A stretch of 64,000 nucleotides of DNA from positions 100,194,001-100,258,000 of the forward strand of contig NW_024704742.1 of the NCBI RefSeq assembly GCF_018977255.1, written 5' to 3'. Positions 1 to 12,910 of this stretch are shown here, one piece after another. The notes beneath the pieces were generated by a model. It did no database searches and was not told where the DNA came from. It saw only the letters and a list, made by a program, of their open reading frames with translations. Numbering within the stretch: position 1 is the first letter of the stretch; each line of letters begins with the position of its first letter. Position numbers and translations under genes: made by a program. Source of the DNA: Callorhinchus milii. Its lineage: Eukaryota.

Positions 1-1694
1 CCAAAAGTGAAATGAATTTTAGACTTTTTCTTGATCTTTAACAAAGTGCAAATTGAGAATACACAAGTTCAAAGTGCTGCAGCTAATGAACACTTACCTT
101 CAACATTGTTCGCCCACAAGGAAACAAAAGAGAAGCATAATATGCCTTATGATGCGTTAACAAACCAAGGTTTTGTAAAGATTTCACAGGTATATATTAA
201 CAAGTGAAGTGACTTGTTTTTGTCAGAAAACAAGTGAAAGTGCAAAGAGAGTAACAATATATGTCAATTGTTTCTGTGGAACTACTAATTTGACTCGATT
301 TGAAAATAAATAGAATGCAATCAGTGGAAGATTGTTGTCTCTTAACTACTGGCCTTGTCCATCTCTCAGCAAGTATGATTTAAAAAGGATATTTTTACAA
401 CATACGGAATCCTACCTCAACATTTTCTTAAAAGAGGACTTAAATGCCATGTAATCTTATCAGCTTTCAAAACAGCTTGGGCAGAACCTGTTTGGAATCT
501 GCAATCAGAAGGAAACTCAAACATGAGCTCCTTAATTGACAAAAGGATGCACTCAGTGCATTCATTTAAAACAGCTATAAAATATTCATTACTGACTCAC
601 TGTCCAATGTCTGCTGCGCACTGCTATAAAACGTTTCTGACCATTCCCGAAGTATTCATGGTCATGTAAGTCACTGTGAACTAAAAATAGCCCCAATTCT
701 TTCAAGATTAAATATGCCTTCTTCTATGCCCAAGCTCTTATTTTTAGAAACTTTGTTTTGCAGTCTTGAAAGTAGCATTTTTGTGTAATTTTGCAAAACA
801 AAATCCAACCCTTAAGAGGGAAAACAACTCCTTTGCTAGTTTAAACTTTAACAACGTTAAATTACTGCAGTCACAAGTCCACATTTATGAGCACATAAAT
901 GTACCTAGCTGGAGTTTCCAGCTGGTGAAATAGCTCAAGCAAGCAGGCACGAGTCTTGTTGATGCAAAATCTCTCCCGTTAAGTTGTGCATTTTTCAGTT
1001 AATAAGATGACAAGTCCAAATGCAGAATGTGTAGGCACATATGGTCCAATGCACAGGCCCATGGACCTTATTTGTGGTGGTTGCAAAGCTATATACAGAA
1101 TGCAGGATGTGAACAATTTTTTTAAAAAAGAACAGACCTCACGGTTTTGAGAACACACATTGTCCACTGAAAAACTAATGAAATATGAAGTTACCGGGCA
1201 AACAAATTTAGGTGATATAAATGCTACAATACGATTCCCGCAGCATTTCACCCAAAGGGGGTGTGAAATAGAAGTCCATTTTGCTGGTGGAATGCAACTT
1301 CATTCTCCTCTTCAGTCAACTCACTCATCTAACACTTTAATAATTGATTGGTACACATTACCCTCGTAATGCATTGTTCACAGAGGCTGATGGTCATGGT
1401 CCATGTGCAATTACAGAGGAAAGCAGAGTCCATAAACTTTAAAAGGTTAACAACATCAATTTTCCATTTGATATAACACCTTTTTCAAGTCGTCAAAACC
1501 TCTCAAAACACTTCAAAGGAATTACTGTAAAATGTAACTGCATTTTTAAACAAATGCGGCAGCCACGTTTTGCATCATCTCAACTCTACCTTCTCCACTT
1601 CCTACCACTTCCACCCCCAGCTCGGCTGAGCAGCCAGCAGTGAGTCGTCCAGCCAACATGAAAGGCGCTATATAAATGTAAATTGCATTGTACT

Positions 1695-1980
1695 GTATAG
1701 CAATGTCCCACAATGAGCCATGAAGCAAATGTTATCTGGGGATTGTTGGCCAGAATACCGAGAGAAACTCCTTCCTCTTTTGAATAACACTAGGGGATCG
1801 TTTACATCGACCTGCATAGGCAGACAGGACTTCAGGTGAACATCTCATCCAAAGCACGGCACGTCCAATAATGCAGTACTCCCTCAGAACTGCAATATAG
1901 CGCCAGCCAAGGCTACAAGCTTCGTCTTAATATTGAACTTGAACCCACAACCTTCTGTCACAGTTGAGATTGTTGCCTAA
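1695..1980 (-). mobile_element. Old Deu-domain SINE (SacSINE1/AmnSINE-like)
   Basis: Reverse complement of ggagtttctc..ctggccaa..gtgggacattgct, plus a tRNA-like head (gaacccacaaccttctg on +). Confidence 0.7.
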
Positions 1981-1984
1981 TTCA

Positions 1985-2310
1985 ATTTACATAACACCTT
2001 TCACGTTGGAAGGATATCTTTACATTGCTGCTGGGCACCTGAGCCAGGAGATGGAGAGGAAATATGAGCGAAAGCACTGTCAGAGCTAAGTCTTGAGGCG
2101 GGTTTTGAATGGGAGGGAGAGGATGAGTTGGAGGGATTTCAGAATGAAGTTCCAGAGAAGATGGGTAGAATGGCTCAGGGCATGTTTGCCATTGGTAGGC
2201 ATAGGGCAGGGGGGTACTTGAAGCAGGCCAGTGTTTGGTGAGCGAAGGGTTCTGTTGGGTTGGTAGGATTGTAGAACGTCGCAGAGGTAGGGTGGGTCGG
2301 GGCTGTAGAA
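1985..2310 (-). mobile_element. L2 LINE 3' fragment, old
   Basis: Purine-rich reverse complement of the L2 ORF2 C-terminus and tail. Confidence 0.55.
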
Positions 2311-2569
2311 GAATTATTCTACATTTTTATACTGTGGTTATATAAATCCAAGTTGTTGTTATGAAGCGCTAAGTAATGTTGTATTATAAGTGTTTAACAA
2401 CAGAATGCAGATCGTCAGAAACTGCTGCAGGTTATGTTGCTATTAAGTAAAAGAAAGGAGAGGACAGACCTCTGCACAAGCAGACTCAAATGAGCGTTTA
2501 TTAGTAAGATGTGCAAATCAAGTGCACTACAGGAATTATGGGTGGCCTTAATTATACAATTGGTTGTTT

Positions 2570-3160
2570 ATCATACATGCATTCATCACCTCAAGGCTCA
2601 ACTACGGAAACTCCCCGTCGATCTCCCCAACTCTTCCCTCCGCAAGCTGCAGACCATCCAGAACTCTGCAGCTCGTGTCCTCTCGGAGCATCCCCACCCT
2701 CGCCCGGCTCCACTGGCTCCCCATCCCTCAGAGGATAGAATTCAAAATCCTCGTCCTCACTTTCAAGGCACTCCATGGCCTTGACTCTCCCTACCTCTGT
2801 GACCTGCTGATCCCTATCAACCTGTCCGCTCCCTCCATTCAGCAAGCTCTGGGCTGCTCCATGACTTCCGCCCAACCCACCCTACCATCAGCGGCCGGGC
2901 TTTCACCCTCTCTGCCCCCATCCTTTGGAACTCGATCCCACAATCCCTTCGCCTTGCTCCCTCCCTTGCCTCCTTCAAGGCACGACTCAAAACCCTCCTT
3001 TTCGACCGTGCCTTCAGCCGCCCTCCTACCTCTCTGCCCTCCCTGATCCCAACCTTCCCCCACCCTCACCAGGCTCGGGTCCTGATCCCTGACTGTTCAA
3101 CGCCAAGGGACGTCCCCCCGACATGAAATGTGCTTTACAAATGTAATTTTGTTGTTGTAT
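2570..3160 (+). mobile_element. L2 LINE 3' end
   Basis: Encodes HAFITSRLNY, KLQTIQNSAARVL and LHWLPIPQRIEFKILVLTFKALHGL across frameshifts. Stem-loop tail followed by (TTG)n. Confidence 0.9.
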
Positions 3161-3654
3161 TGCACAATTCAGATCACCTACAATTCCCTCCAAACTCATT
3201 GTTTACACATCTCGCAAATTATTCCCCGAAGTTACTTACAGCTCTCTGCACTCCTTTCGGCTTCCAACCTTCTGGTGAAATTTTCAAAGATTCATGAGAG
3301 TCTATCATTAGGAATGAAATTGTGAGGTGCACTAAACAAACTGGGGGGACGGGAGACGGAGAGGGTTTCTTAAACTGGATGGCTGTGTAAGAATCACATT
3401 GTCTGGCCACCAAGTTGTTTAAGAACATAATTTCTCTGGAAATTCTGACATGACTGCTAGCTGACAGGCAATGCAAACGTTCCTCTCAGATTTTGTAAAT
3501 TAGCCTTATCCCATTGGGAGAAAAAAAAAGGCTTGAATAAAATAGTTTGATGGAGATTAATGGGAGTCTGAATGTCAATGACAGGAACCACAAGGAAGGG
3601 GGAAAAAAAACAATAATCTGTGCATTTCATATATATGCCACATCCTTGCCATGA

Positions 3655-4600
3655 CTCTCTCTGCCTTTCCCCACAACACAACATCGCCCGACTCTGCCAC
3701 TGCCTCACCCCTCAGGGCGCTGAAACCTAAATACATGCATTCGTCGCCTCATGGCTCAACTACGCCAATACCCTGCTTGTCAGCCTTCTCTCCACAAGCT
3801 GTAGATCATCCAGAACTCTGCACCTGGTGTCTTCTCCTGCACCAGGCTCCGTAACCCCATCACCCCTACCCTTGCTTGGCTCCACTGGTTCCCCATCCCT
3901 CAGAGGAAAGTTCAAAATCCTTGGCCTCACCTCTATGGCCTTGTTCCCTCCTACCACTGTGACCTGCTGACCCCATATCAACCTGTCCACTCCCCCCGCT
4001 CAGCAGGCTCCGGCCTGCTCCACAGCGTCCTCCGGCCCACCCCACCATCGGCAGTCGGCCCTTCAGCCTCTGTGCCCCCACACTTTGGAACTCCATCCCA
4101 CAATCTGTTGGCCTCACTCCCTCCCTTGCCTCCTTGTAACTCAGTGGTAGAGCACTCGCTTTGCAAGTGAGAGACCTGAGTTCAATTCCAGGCAGGGCGA
4201 GACCTTGGGCAAGTTTCCTTACTCCACACACCTAATAATAATCCCTCCAAAACCAAAAACAATAATAAATTGGTCATTTTCAATCTACGACTGTTTGTGG
4301 GACACTGCTGTGCGCAATTGGCTGCCGCATTTGCCCACAAATATACAGTCAATTCACTTTACAGCATATTCTGTGAAGCGCTTTGGGACGTCCTCCCAAC
4401 ATGAAAAGTGCTATATCAAATGCAAGGATTATTATTATTAAAGCGAATCTCAAAACTCTCTTCTTCGACTGAGCCTTCGACCACCCTCCTACCCTCCCAT
4501 ATCCCAACCCCCTTCCCTGCTCGGGTTCAAATCCCTAACTGTCCAGTGTCTTGGGACGTCCTCTCGACATGCAAAGCGCAATACAAATGTAATTTTGTAT
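3655..4600 (+). mobile_element. L2 LINE 3' end interrupted by a SINE at 4131-4440
   Basis: L2 sequence resumes in register after the SINE (cctcctt | aagcgaatctcaaaac) and ends in the L2 tail. Confidence 0.85.
4131..4440 (+). mobile_element. Young tRNA-derived SINE, short variant, with partial Deu domain and L2-type tail
   Basis: A box (gtaactcagtggtag), B box (gagttcaattcc), gtgggacactgctgtgcgcaattggctgcc core, (TTA)n tail. Close match to 62704-63029. Confidence 0.9.
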
Positions 4601-4925
4601 AGCGCCTTATCAAAACGATTGAAAGTGCTTCACAGGATTTTAAAGTGTAGTGACCGTGTATTTATAGGCGAACTCGGCAGCCAATCTGTTCAAACCAATG
4701 TCCCACTTGGATATCAGGAGAAAACTTCCTGCTCCTTTCAAATAGTGCCATGGGACTTTTAATTTCCAATTGAACAAACAGACAGGGCCTTGGTTTAATG
4801 TCTCAAAGGATGGCACCTCCAACAATGCAGCGCTCCCCCATCATTGCATTGAAGTGTGAGCCTCGATTCTGAGCTCAAAGTGCTGACGTGGAACTTGAAC
4901 CCTGACAGAGGCGAGAGTGCTCCCA
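4600..4925 (-). mobile_element. Old Deu-domain SINE
   Basis: Contains aaatagtgccatgggac, gacagggccttggtttaatgtctc and a tRNA-like head. A plus-strand Deu 3' fragment follows at ~4930-5110. Confidence 0.7.
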
Positions 4926-5754
4926 TTCGAAAAGAGGATGGGAGCTCGTCTCGGTAACCCTGGCCATCAGTCCCCTAAATTAAAGGGTCATTCACTTCAT
5001 GGCTGTTTGTGAGACACTACTGTGCGTCACTACACTTTACAGTATATGCTGAGAAGCAAATTGAGATTTCCTCCTAACGTAAAAGGCGCGATATCAAATG
5101 TATGGATTACTATAATAAAATATTTCACTTTCCCAGCGTTGGTGAGAAAGAAATAAAAAGGTGACATTTTGATGCATCGGAAAATAATTAAGTCAAAAAC
5201 AGGAGTTAAAATACTCATTGCTATTTCCTGAAAATATGAAGGCAAAACACAACGTATTTAATGTATCTAGTACATGTGCACCAACTAAGAGCTTTTCCTT
5301 TAAAGTTTGATGGGGATTTATGTGCTTTTAGATGAAGAATCTCCGAACTGATGAGTGAAACTATAAGTAAGTATAAGTCAGTAACAAGTACTTTGAGACG
5401 TCCTTCTGATGTGAGAAAGGCGCTGTTGTAAATGTTACAACAACAACTGCATTTATATAACACCCTTCACGTGGGGTCACATCATGTTTCTGAAAGGGAA
5501 ACACAAAAATATTGCTTATGCACCCACACAGACGCTTCCCACGTTCAACATCCAGCCCTCAGCAGCCAAAAGATTGGACCACCCTACTCTAGATCAAGCT
5601 TTGAAAAAAAAACGGAGAATCTACAACAACATACAACAAGGGAAACAGATTCATGTTACAGAAACCCTTCCAAACTCAAATCACAAAATTCTAAGAAATA
5701 CAAAATAATCTTGTTATAACACAGTGATTTAGGTCCATGAACTAAGACCTTGCA

Positions 5755-5935
5755 TTTTAAGGAAGTGCACTAAAAATGGTCACAGCTCAGCGCTTCCAGG
5801 GTCGTCAGGACATGGTTGTGTTGACATTATTTCCTGTAGGCATGAAGCACCGCTGACGGTACTTCCTTCAAAGTGACGTCAGTGGGTGTTTCCTGTTGGT
5901 AGAACACATGCGCAATGTGAAGGAAGTGATGGTAG
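5755..5935. promoter_or_regulatory. Candidate intronic enhancer (ETS/CRE/CEBP cluster)
   Basis: Five GGAA/TTCC ETS cores, palindromic TGACGTCA at 5874-5881 and ATGCGCAAT at 5908-5916 within ~180 bp of non-repeat DNA. Confidence 0.4.
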
Positions 5936-7600
5936 CAGAGAGCGTGCGCCTGCAAAAAGTTAGTCAGTCAATGCTGGAAGCTGGAGGTGCACAGGTCCAC
6001 AGTACAATCCTCTAAGATAACCAGCACTAAACCAGGTGAATTCTAATGGGGTCACCTATATTTTAGAAATAGCGACAAAACATTGTGCTGCACTGTCCAG
6101 TCATTAACAGTCATTAACCCAGAAGCTACAATGTTCTTGTCCTGGCTTTTACATCCCAGCTTAAAAGTCACTCCACTTGCATGGTTGCCATTTTTTTTTA
6201 AGTGGGTTATTTTTAAACTCACTTTATTTCTACTGACGGGCACAGAAATCAAAAACGTATCCGCCACCCACCAGATAGATTAACCAACAGGAAGGTATTG
6301 TGTCCTCAAACACTTTCAACTACTCTGTTTACAAGCTATTTATAGATCAAACTTCTCTTCCAGCAGATGGCTAATACGCTCAGGGATTGAGAGATGCTCC
6401 ATAAAAGCTGGTGAGTATCAGAGGAGAGCGAGAGCACCTTGCTGGGTACCACAATATAAGCTTATGTTTCAGTGTTCTCAGACACGGAAAAAAACGAACG
6501 TTCGAGGAATGGCCACAAGAAAGGGTATTTTCCAATTTTTTGTGTTGAACTAATTTTGGGTATATCATTTTTTAAAAATTGGGAGGGGGCTTGAAGGAGA
6601 AACAGGGTGAATAGTTTCAAGAAAAAAAGAAACAGATTCAAGATAAAATTGTTAAGACAGGTCCTGAAATACTCCTAAACATCATATCTTTTCCTCCTCC
6701 CCTCCACACACACAGACACACACACTTCTGCCCATGCAAAAAAAAAGTTTTATATACAAAAATAAAATACAGACCAAGATTGAAGAATGCTGAAGATCAA
6801 TCATACTCTCTAGATTAAGTTGCATGTCAGGAACTCCCCAATTCCTTAGGTGATTAAGCTCATTATTACTTCAAGTGTTACCTGGATTTGTATTGGGAGA
6901 AACTTCAATAGAGCAGCTGGATTATGCTCATGGGTTGCTCCAAGTACAATATTTACACAAAGATGGGACTCCTGCCTTCCTCACTGCAAAGGAAGTCTGA
7001 CTGCAAGACAGAGGTCAAACACACCATTAAGCTAGTTTATTCTGCAATCTTTCTGCAGTGTATTTTTTTTAAAACTAAAAAAATGTTAAAATGTTGGATA
7101 CAGGATAGTTAGTAAAAACAACGGCAATAAAAATCTCAACCAGGAACATATTGCTGCAATTTCAGTTTGCTGACCTTTAACGCTTCCTGAAATGTTACGA
7201 GTAACTTCCGATTTTCAAACTTTATCTGAACCAATTGACAATCTTCACAAACTATGTAGCAACCAGACTGGAAAAACTTTGGCAATGTTTACAATTCAAT
7301 CTTTATATACAACCATTGAAAAAAAAGTACCTTGATACTGAACTGGGCCTGCCACATTTCACAATACCAGACCAAAGAAAACAATGCATCAACAGTCAAA
7401 CATTTACTCATACCAAACGTTTTGCACATTTTGATTCCAGTTCAAATAAAGATTGTGTGGGAACATTGGAAGACAGGAACAGGGCGAAGCTATTCAACCC
7501 ATCAAATCTGTTCTACTTCTTTATTATATTTTGACAGATCTTTTAATCCTAATGCACTGCCCTCTCCCCATACAGTTTAAAAATTTCTGCTATCGAAGTA

Positions 7601-8418
7601 CAGTAGAACCTCACTAATCCGGTCACTCAAGGGACTGGGCAAAAGTGACCCACTTAGAGGTGACCTGATTACTGAAACAGTTCGGGTGATTCAGGTCACT
7701 GATGTAATGTTAAGGGCATTGGTAATGGGCAGGGTGATGAACATTGAACCACCATACTTTGCAATCTCATTAAAACAAAGGCACCGTCTGTCACATTTAA
7801 AACAAAAGCTGTCAAGTATTCAGCTTTCCTTTTGAGAATGCAACAACTTGTGTTCTGTCAATGCCATAGATCACAGGTAACTGTCTATGACTTTTGCCCT
7901 CGCTGTTTTTGATTAAGTCCACTCTCTCACACAAGGACAATTCCTTCCATGAGGCATGTTTACAACACTTGTCAACAGTCACTAAATCGCTAAATCAAAA
8001 CAAACAATGTAAATACAAACCATGTGCTCTGAATACAGCACTTACCAAGAATTGTCTGCAAGAGCTCAGGTTAGGCCGCAGGCACCAGGCAAAGTCGATT
8101 TTCCGCAACCCCAACACTCCCCGCGCCGCGCATGCACGACCGGCCACAGTAGCAGCGTCAAGGAAATAGCACGAGAAGCCCAAGGCCTAGTGCACAGTGT
8201 ACAGATTAGTAGCGGAGGGGGCTGTTTGTACCGCGTTTGTACCGGAAGAGAGCACTGTTGCGGCCGCAATCAATGACTGTTATCCTGAATAGTGAGGTGC
8301 CCGGTTTACTGAAGCCGACAGACAGCCTATCTTTTCACATTGACAATGAAAAGAGACTGTGAAAATGTGCCTGCAATTGTGGGGCGGCTGAATTACCGAG
8401 GTGACCAGGTTTCTACTG
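7601..8418 (-). mobile_element. Non-autonomous Tigger/pogo (Tc1-mariner superfamily) DNA transposon
   Basis: TA|CAGTAGAACC at the left end and GGTTTCTACTG at the right end form TIRs. Minus strand ~7820-7950 translates KELSLCERVDLIKNSEGKSHRQLPVIYGIDRTQV, a CENP-B-like HTH N-terminus. Confidence 0.7.
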
Positions 8419-9100
8419 AATCCGTTTGTCTTTCTTCAACAAAGTTATTGATAAAGTCTCTACAGATTTCTGCATCAAAGCATCCACATCTTCACAACCC
8501 TGTGTGTGAAGAAATGCTTCCGACGAATTCTAATTGTCTTGGCTCAGATTTTAAGGTTATGCCGCTTGGAATGGGTGCCTCGACCAAAGGGAAGAGTTGT
8601 TCACTACCAAATCTCCTTATGCTTTTATTATGATAAATCTTTGGTTTATCGGACTCTGAGTTTCCAGAATTCAGTCCAAGCCAGACCAGGCCCGAAACAG
8701 AAAAAAATTCTATGGGCCCTGCACATGTAGACTCCTGTTGCTAGCCTGCATCCCTGCCTCTCCATGCTCGCTGGCCTTCAGGGATACCCCCCCCCCTCAA
8801 CTGCAGAAAGCATTGTAGCTGATCCTGATTTCCCCCCTCCCTTAGCCTGGGAAGTCTAGAAGCAATTCAGCTTCCCATGCAACTCTGCCTGACTCCAGCA
8901 AACTCAGAGATTTGAACCACTGAGCTCCCCGTAATTAAGCTTGATCCACACCACCAACGGGGCTGCCAAATTGCAGGTTGTCAATCATGTAGGCAACAGG
9001 CATCAGACTTTTAAACAGATAAACCAAGGCCATCATCAGTACCGACAAAAAAACAGGATCAGTTCACGAACAGAAAAGTATCCATTTTCTCTGACTTTAC

Positions 9101-9170
9101 CTCCAGATCCCAGCTGTTTGTAGAATCGATATTCCAGGTGAAGTTGTGGTGCTCTGGACTTCATAGGTTC
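9101..9170 (-). CDS. CSNK1G3: CK1 gamma exon 4 (70 nt): [23 protein letters not shown]
   Basis: Acceptor tttttcatag| and donor GAG|gtaaag. From memory, EPMK and LGSG match paralog G3, whereas G1 and G2 have EPIK. Confidence 0.95.
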
Positions 9171-10389
9171 CTATGAAAAATAGCAAGGAGGGAGGGTTCA
9201 ATGCAGAGAATTTTGTTCCCATGCTAAGAATCAAGATTTTCACAACTACTACTATGGCATTCCTGAAATGAGCAACATATTTATCCACAATTATTCAAAA
9301 GAACCCTGCTGTTCAATTTAAACCTTACAGCACATTATTAACTGAACCATTATTTTTGGGTTCTCAGTTCTCACTTTGTAGGCAATAAATCCAGAGAGGA
9401 TGCTATAAAACATGAAAAATATTACACAAGTAACCTTGACCACAGTGTAGGTCACTCATTTTATGTATATATTTATTGGGCAGCATAATTTTGGAACAGT
9501 CAGAAGCAACTGTAATGAGGACAGATGTTTCACAGAGTGGATTACATATTATATGTTAATGTGTCTATAAACAGAATTAAAGTCCTCAGTGGGGATTAGC
9601 ATAGAGTCTCTCACACTTTGAATATAACAGTAAGCTGCCACCTGATCCTCCTGCACTCCTCATGTGCTGGTGCTCAATAGCATGCTCGAAACATGACCCA
9701 TCCGGATATGAAATTGCCAAATCATATTTTGGTTCTGAACTATCTAAACTACAGAGTTAAATAAGAATTTGGATCTTCTCCCCACAAGGTCAACTTAGTG
9801 AGTGAGAACCAGACTTATCTGTAAGCTGTGAAACCACCAGAGCAAGGCAATTAACATTCATCTCTGTTCAAAACAGTGCAGAGCTAACATCACAGCCATA
9901 GTTTCCTAGCTCTTACAGCACACTGAGGTTTTGAAAGCCACAGTAAAGGTGACATTCTAATTGAAAACAGCAACGCCAGGAATAAACTGCAAGACAAACA
10001 TGCTGCATCTATTACCAGACTTGAGCATTTCATGCTATTAGTATTTCATACTCCGAGCCACACTTGAGAGTGAGCTCCCTTGAAGCAATAACTTCCCAGC
10101 TCATAACTGAGCACCACTTCAACAAAACTGGGAGCATTTAGTATGCGGCTCCAGGCATCTTCATTTAAAGCATAAGTTTGAATCATGGCCATCAGACTGC
10201 ACATCACTCACTAACCTAACGGCCCCTTAAAGTTCCCGAGCTACAACACTTCAGTAGAATTGGGTGAAGCTGTAATTCAAGGACAGGTTATCCCCTGCAG
10301 TTTGTTCAAGCTGCATCTCTCTGCTAATAATGTTCATATTCATTTGAAATTTTCATCAGCTCCAGATAACGATCAGCAGAGGTCATTTT

Positions 10390-11080
10390 AAGTTTGCTTT
10401 CGCTTCCCGCCTCCCTCAAAGAAACTGACACCTTGCTGGGTATAGTTCCATGGACGGCACAAGTGCACACAGGAGCTCATTATTCATGCCTGAGTCTCAA
10501 TAAGGAATGCTGACAGTCTTTGAGGCTCTCGCTATCCAGAGATCCCTTAAAGCAGGAGTTGCCTGCACGTGTGCAACTGCATCCAGCAGATAACGATCAG
10601 GATCCCTCATTTCCCAACCTCAGATGGTGAAGCTAATTTAATTCCATTAGCTCTTTCCCAGCTGAGAGAACCAAGCATAGACCAAGCAGTCAGCCTGGTT
10701 CGACTGTACCAATTGCATAAATGATGAGTCAGATGTTACAAAAAGCTACCAAATGGAAGGCTGCACCATTCAAATTCAAAACATTGTGGACTCAATCTGT
10801 GGTCCAGTTAACTGGTCTCGCCAAGTCAACAGGAAAGTACTAAAGTGGTCGAAGCGCTCCCTGATCTAAGGATGATTTTTTAAGCAATTTTAATAAAAAA
10901 AGGGAAAGATCAGACAGACACCCAAGGATTCCTGCACTGTCCAACAGTGATCACAGTGACCACTGCTGGAGAGTGCAGCTGTGTGGATATTGAGCGGTCA
11001 AATGATCACCTGGGTAATGAGATAGGGGAACCATACCCAGGACACATCAGCACATTCAGGAAGGGAGGGAAATTATCGGT
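10390..11080. repeat. Two oppositely oriented copies of an ancient unclassified SINE-like repeat (10390-10730 -, 10780-11080 +)
   Basis: Degenerate shared motifs (cagtgaccactgctgga..gtgtggata; ggaaccatacccag..ttcagga) with copies at ~12600-12910, 36060-36460 and 53060-53520. Confidence 0.5.
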
Positions 11081-11618
11081 TAATTTCTCTAGCACCTGGG
11101 TAATCCATATCATTCAGACAGTTTTGTTTGTAGGGAGGGAACTCCCCTCTACCCCAAAACAAAAATCCTCTGGACCGACCCAGTAGTGTAGAGGTAAGAG
11201 GAGGCGATTTATTAGCAAGAATCTACACGATAGTTAGGGATATTTCGCAGCTCGAAACTGAGAGAAAAAAAGTTTGACAATGAAAAATATTTTGTCCACC
11301 CAGGAGAAATACTCTCCATGAAACAAGAATAAGGAGAATAGCACAAACATGGATATTGAAACAGATTCCTTGAACTTAGCCCACTTTTCATCTCGGACAA
11401 CTACCATACAATACACACCTAGACAAACAGAACACCAGGTCATGAGAAATGAAACCACGACAGGTTAATATTTAATTACTGCAGCATACATTACTGCTAA
11501 GGGTTATTGGAAGATATTCTGAGACATTCCAATAGAAATATTGGTATAGTTTAAGCTGACATGGACATTTATAATAGCATTAGTAACACCCAACAGAAAC
11601 AATAATTGATAGACTTAC

Positions 11619-11659
11619 CAGCTTAATTGCCACGTATTCATTTGTGTACAAATTTTTAC
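11619..11659 (-). CDS. CSNK1G3: CK1 gamma exon 3 (41 nt): (G)KNLYTNEYVAIKL, with the catalytic VAIK lysine
   Basis: Acceptor ttttttcaag| and donor CTG|gtaagt. Phase 1 in, phase 0 out, in frame with exon 2. Too short for the ORF track. Confidence 0.95.
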
Positions 11660-11805
11660 CTTGAAAAAAAGAGAGATTGAACAGAATTAGAGATCAGGGA
11701 TTCTCGATTGGTGACAGAACAAACAATTGTGAATACAATTATTTTCCAGGAAAGTTAAAAACTGCATGTTACACAATATCTGTGTAACGTGCAGTTTATA
11801 TGTGC

Positions 11806-12111
11806 AGTCCTGTAGCTCAGTGGTTAGAGCACTCGCCTCTCAAGCGAGAGTCTTGGGTTCGATTCCCGGCAGGGCGAAACTTTGGGCAAGTTTCCTTACT
11901 CCACACGCCTAATAATAATCCCTCAAAAAAAAATAATAAATTGGTTACTTCAATCCACAACTGTCTGTGGGACACTGCTGTGCGCAATCTGGCTGCCGCC
12001 TTTCACCCACAAATATACAGTCAATTCACTTTACAGTATATTCTGTGAAGAGCTTTGAGACGTCTAGAAGACGTGAAAAGCGCTATATCAAATGCAAGGA
12101 TTATTATTATT
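11806..12111 (+). mobile_element. Young tRNA-derived SINE, short variant, full length
   Basis: Head gtcctgtagctcagtggttagagc..ggttcgattccc, Deu 3' core, TAGAA-loop tail and (TTA)n. Lies ~150 bp upstream of the exon 3 acceptor. Confidence 0.9.
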
Positions 12112-12599
12112 AACTTTCCTTCCACTACAACGAAAGGCACAATGATTCTGACACACACTGCCATTTTCATCCTCCTAAACCCCTAAGGATTCCTGTTGCC
12201 ATCAAATAAGTGCACACATTTTATAAAATATTAACTGTCTGATTTAACCCATTTATAAATGACACTATTATTGCAAGCAATTAAAATAGAATGAAAAATG
12301 GAGACCTATAGAAGATTGTCTTGCTGTTTTTCCTCCAGCCTTCCCCTCAATGTTTATTCTGCAATGATTCCATGAGAAACTGCCATTTAAAAAAAAACAA
12401 AATAATCCTTGCATTTGATATCGGATCTTTCACATTAGAAAGGACATGGCAAAGCGCTTCACAGAATTCACTATGAAATTTTGTAGGCAATCACAACAGT
12501 CATTTGCACATAGCAATGTCATGACTGTTCTTCAATTGAAAACAGAGTTGAAAAATAGAGACATACAAGCTTAAAGCAAAATAAGCTTGCTTTGCTGTT

Positions 12600-12910
12600 T
12601 TCACTTGGGTGAAGAGGCCTTCTAATACTTCACCTAAGTGCTCATTCTTTATGCATGAGCTTAGATATCAGTACCAGTACACTATTTGATGGACGAGAAT
12701 AATAATAAAGCCAGATTCTATCTGGAGCCAGCATTAGCACCTCCCAACAGCGGTTGCTGGATAACAATCAGGAGACAAACCTAGCCAAGAAACACAGGGT
12801 CCATTTGTAACACCCCTACTGCTGCCCAAACTCAAACCAACTAACTCAACATTGCCAGTTCTGTGCAGCTTTATTTTACCTCCAGCCAATTGTTTTACCA
12901 ACTGAGCTCT
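12600..12910 (-). repeat. Ancient unclassified SINE-like repeat
   Basis: Degenerate similarity to 10390-10730. Confidence 0.4.

Noticed and set aside
90..200. Strong minus-strand donor AAG|GTAAGT near 97
   Set aside because: Upstream sequence does not encode the expected next CK1 exon (DGIPQVYYFGPCG) and no good acceptor was seen.
11806..11880. tRNA-like sequences (also 4131, 19366, 42181, 62955-63025)
   Set aside because: They continue into a SINE body and tail and lack a proper acceptor stem; SINE heads, not tRNA genes.
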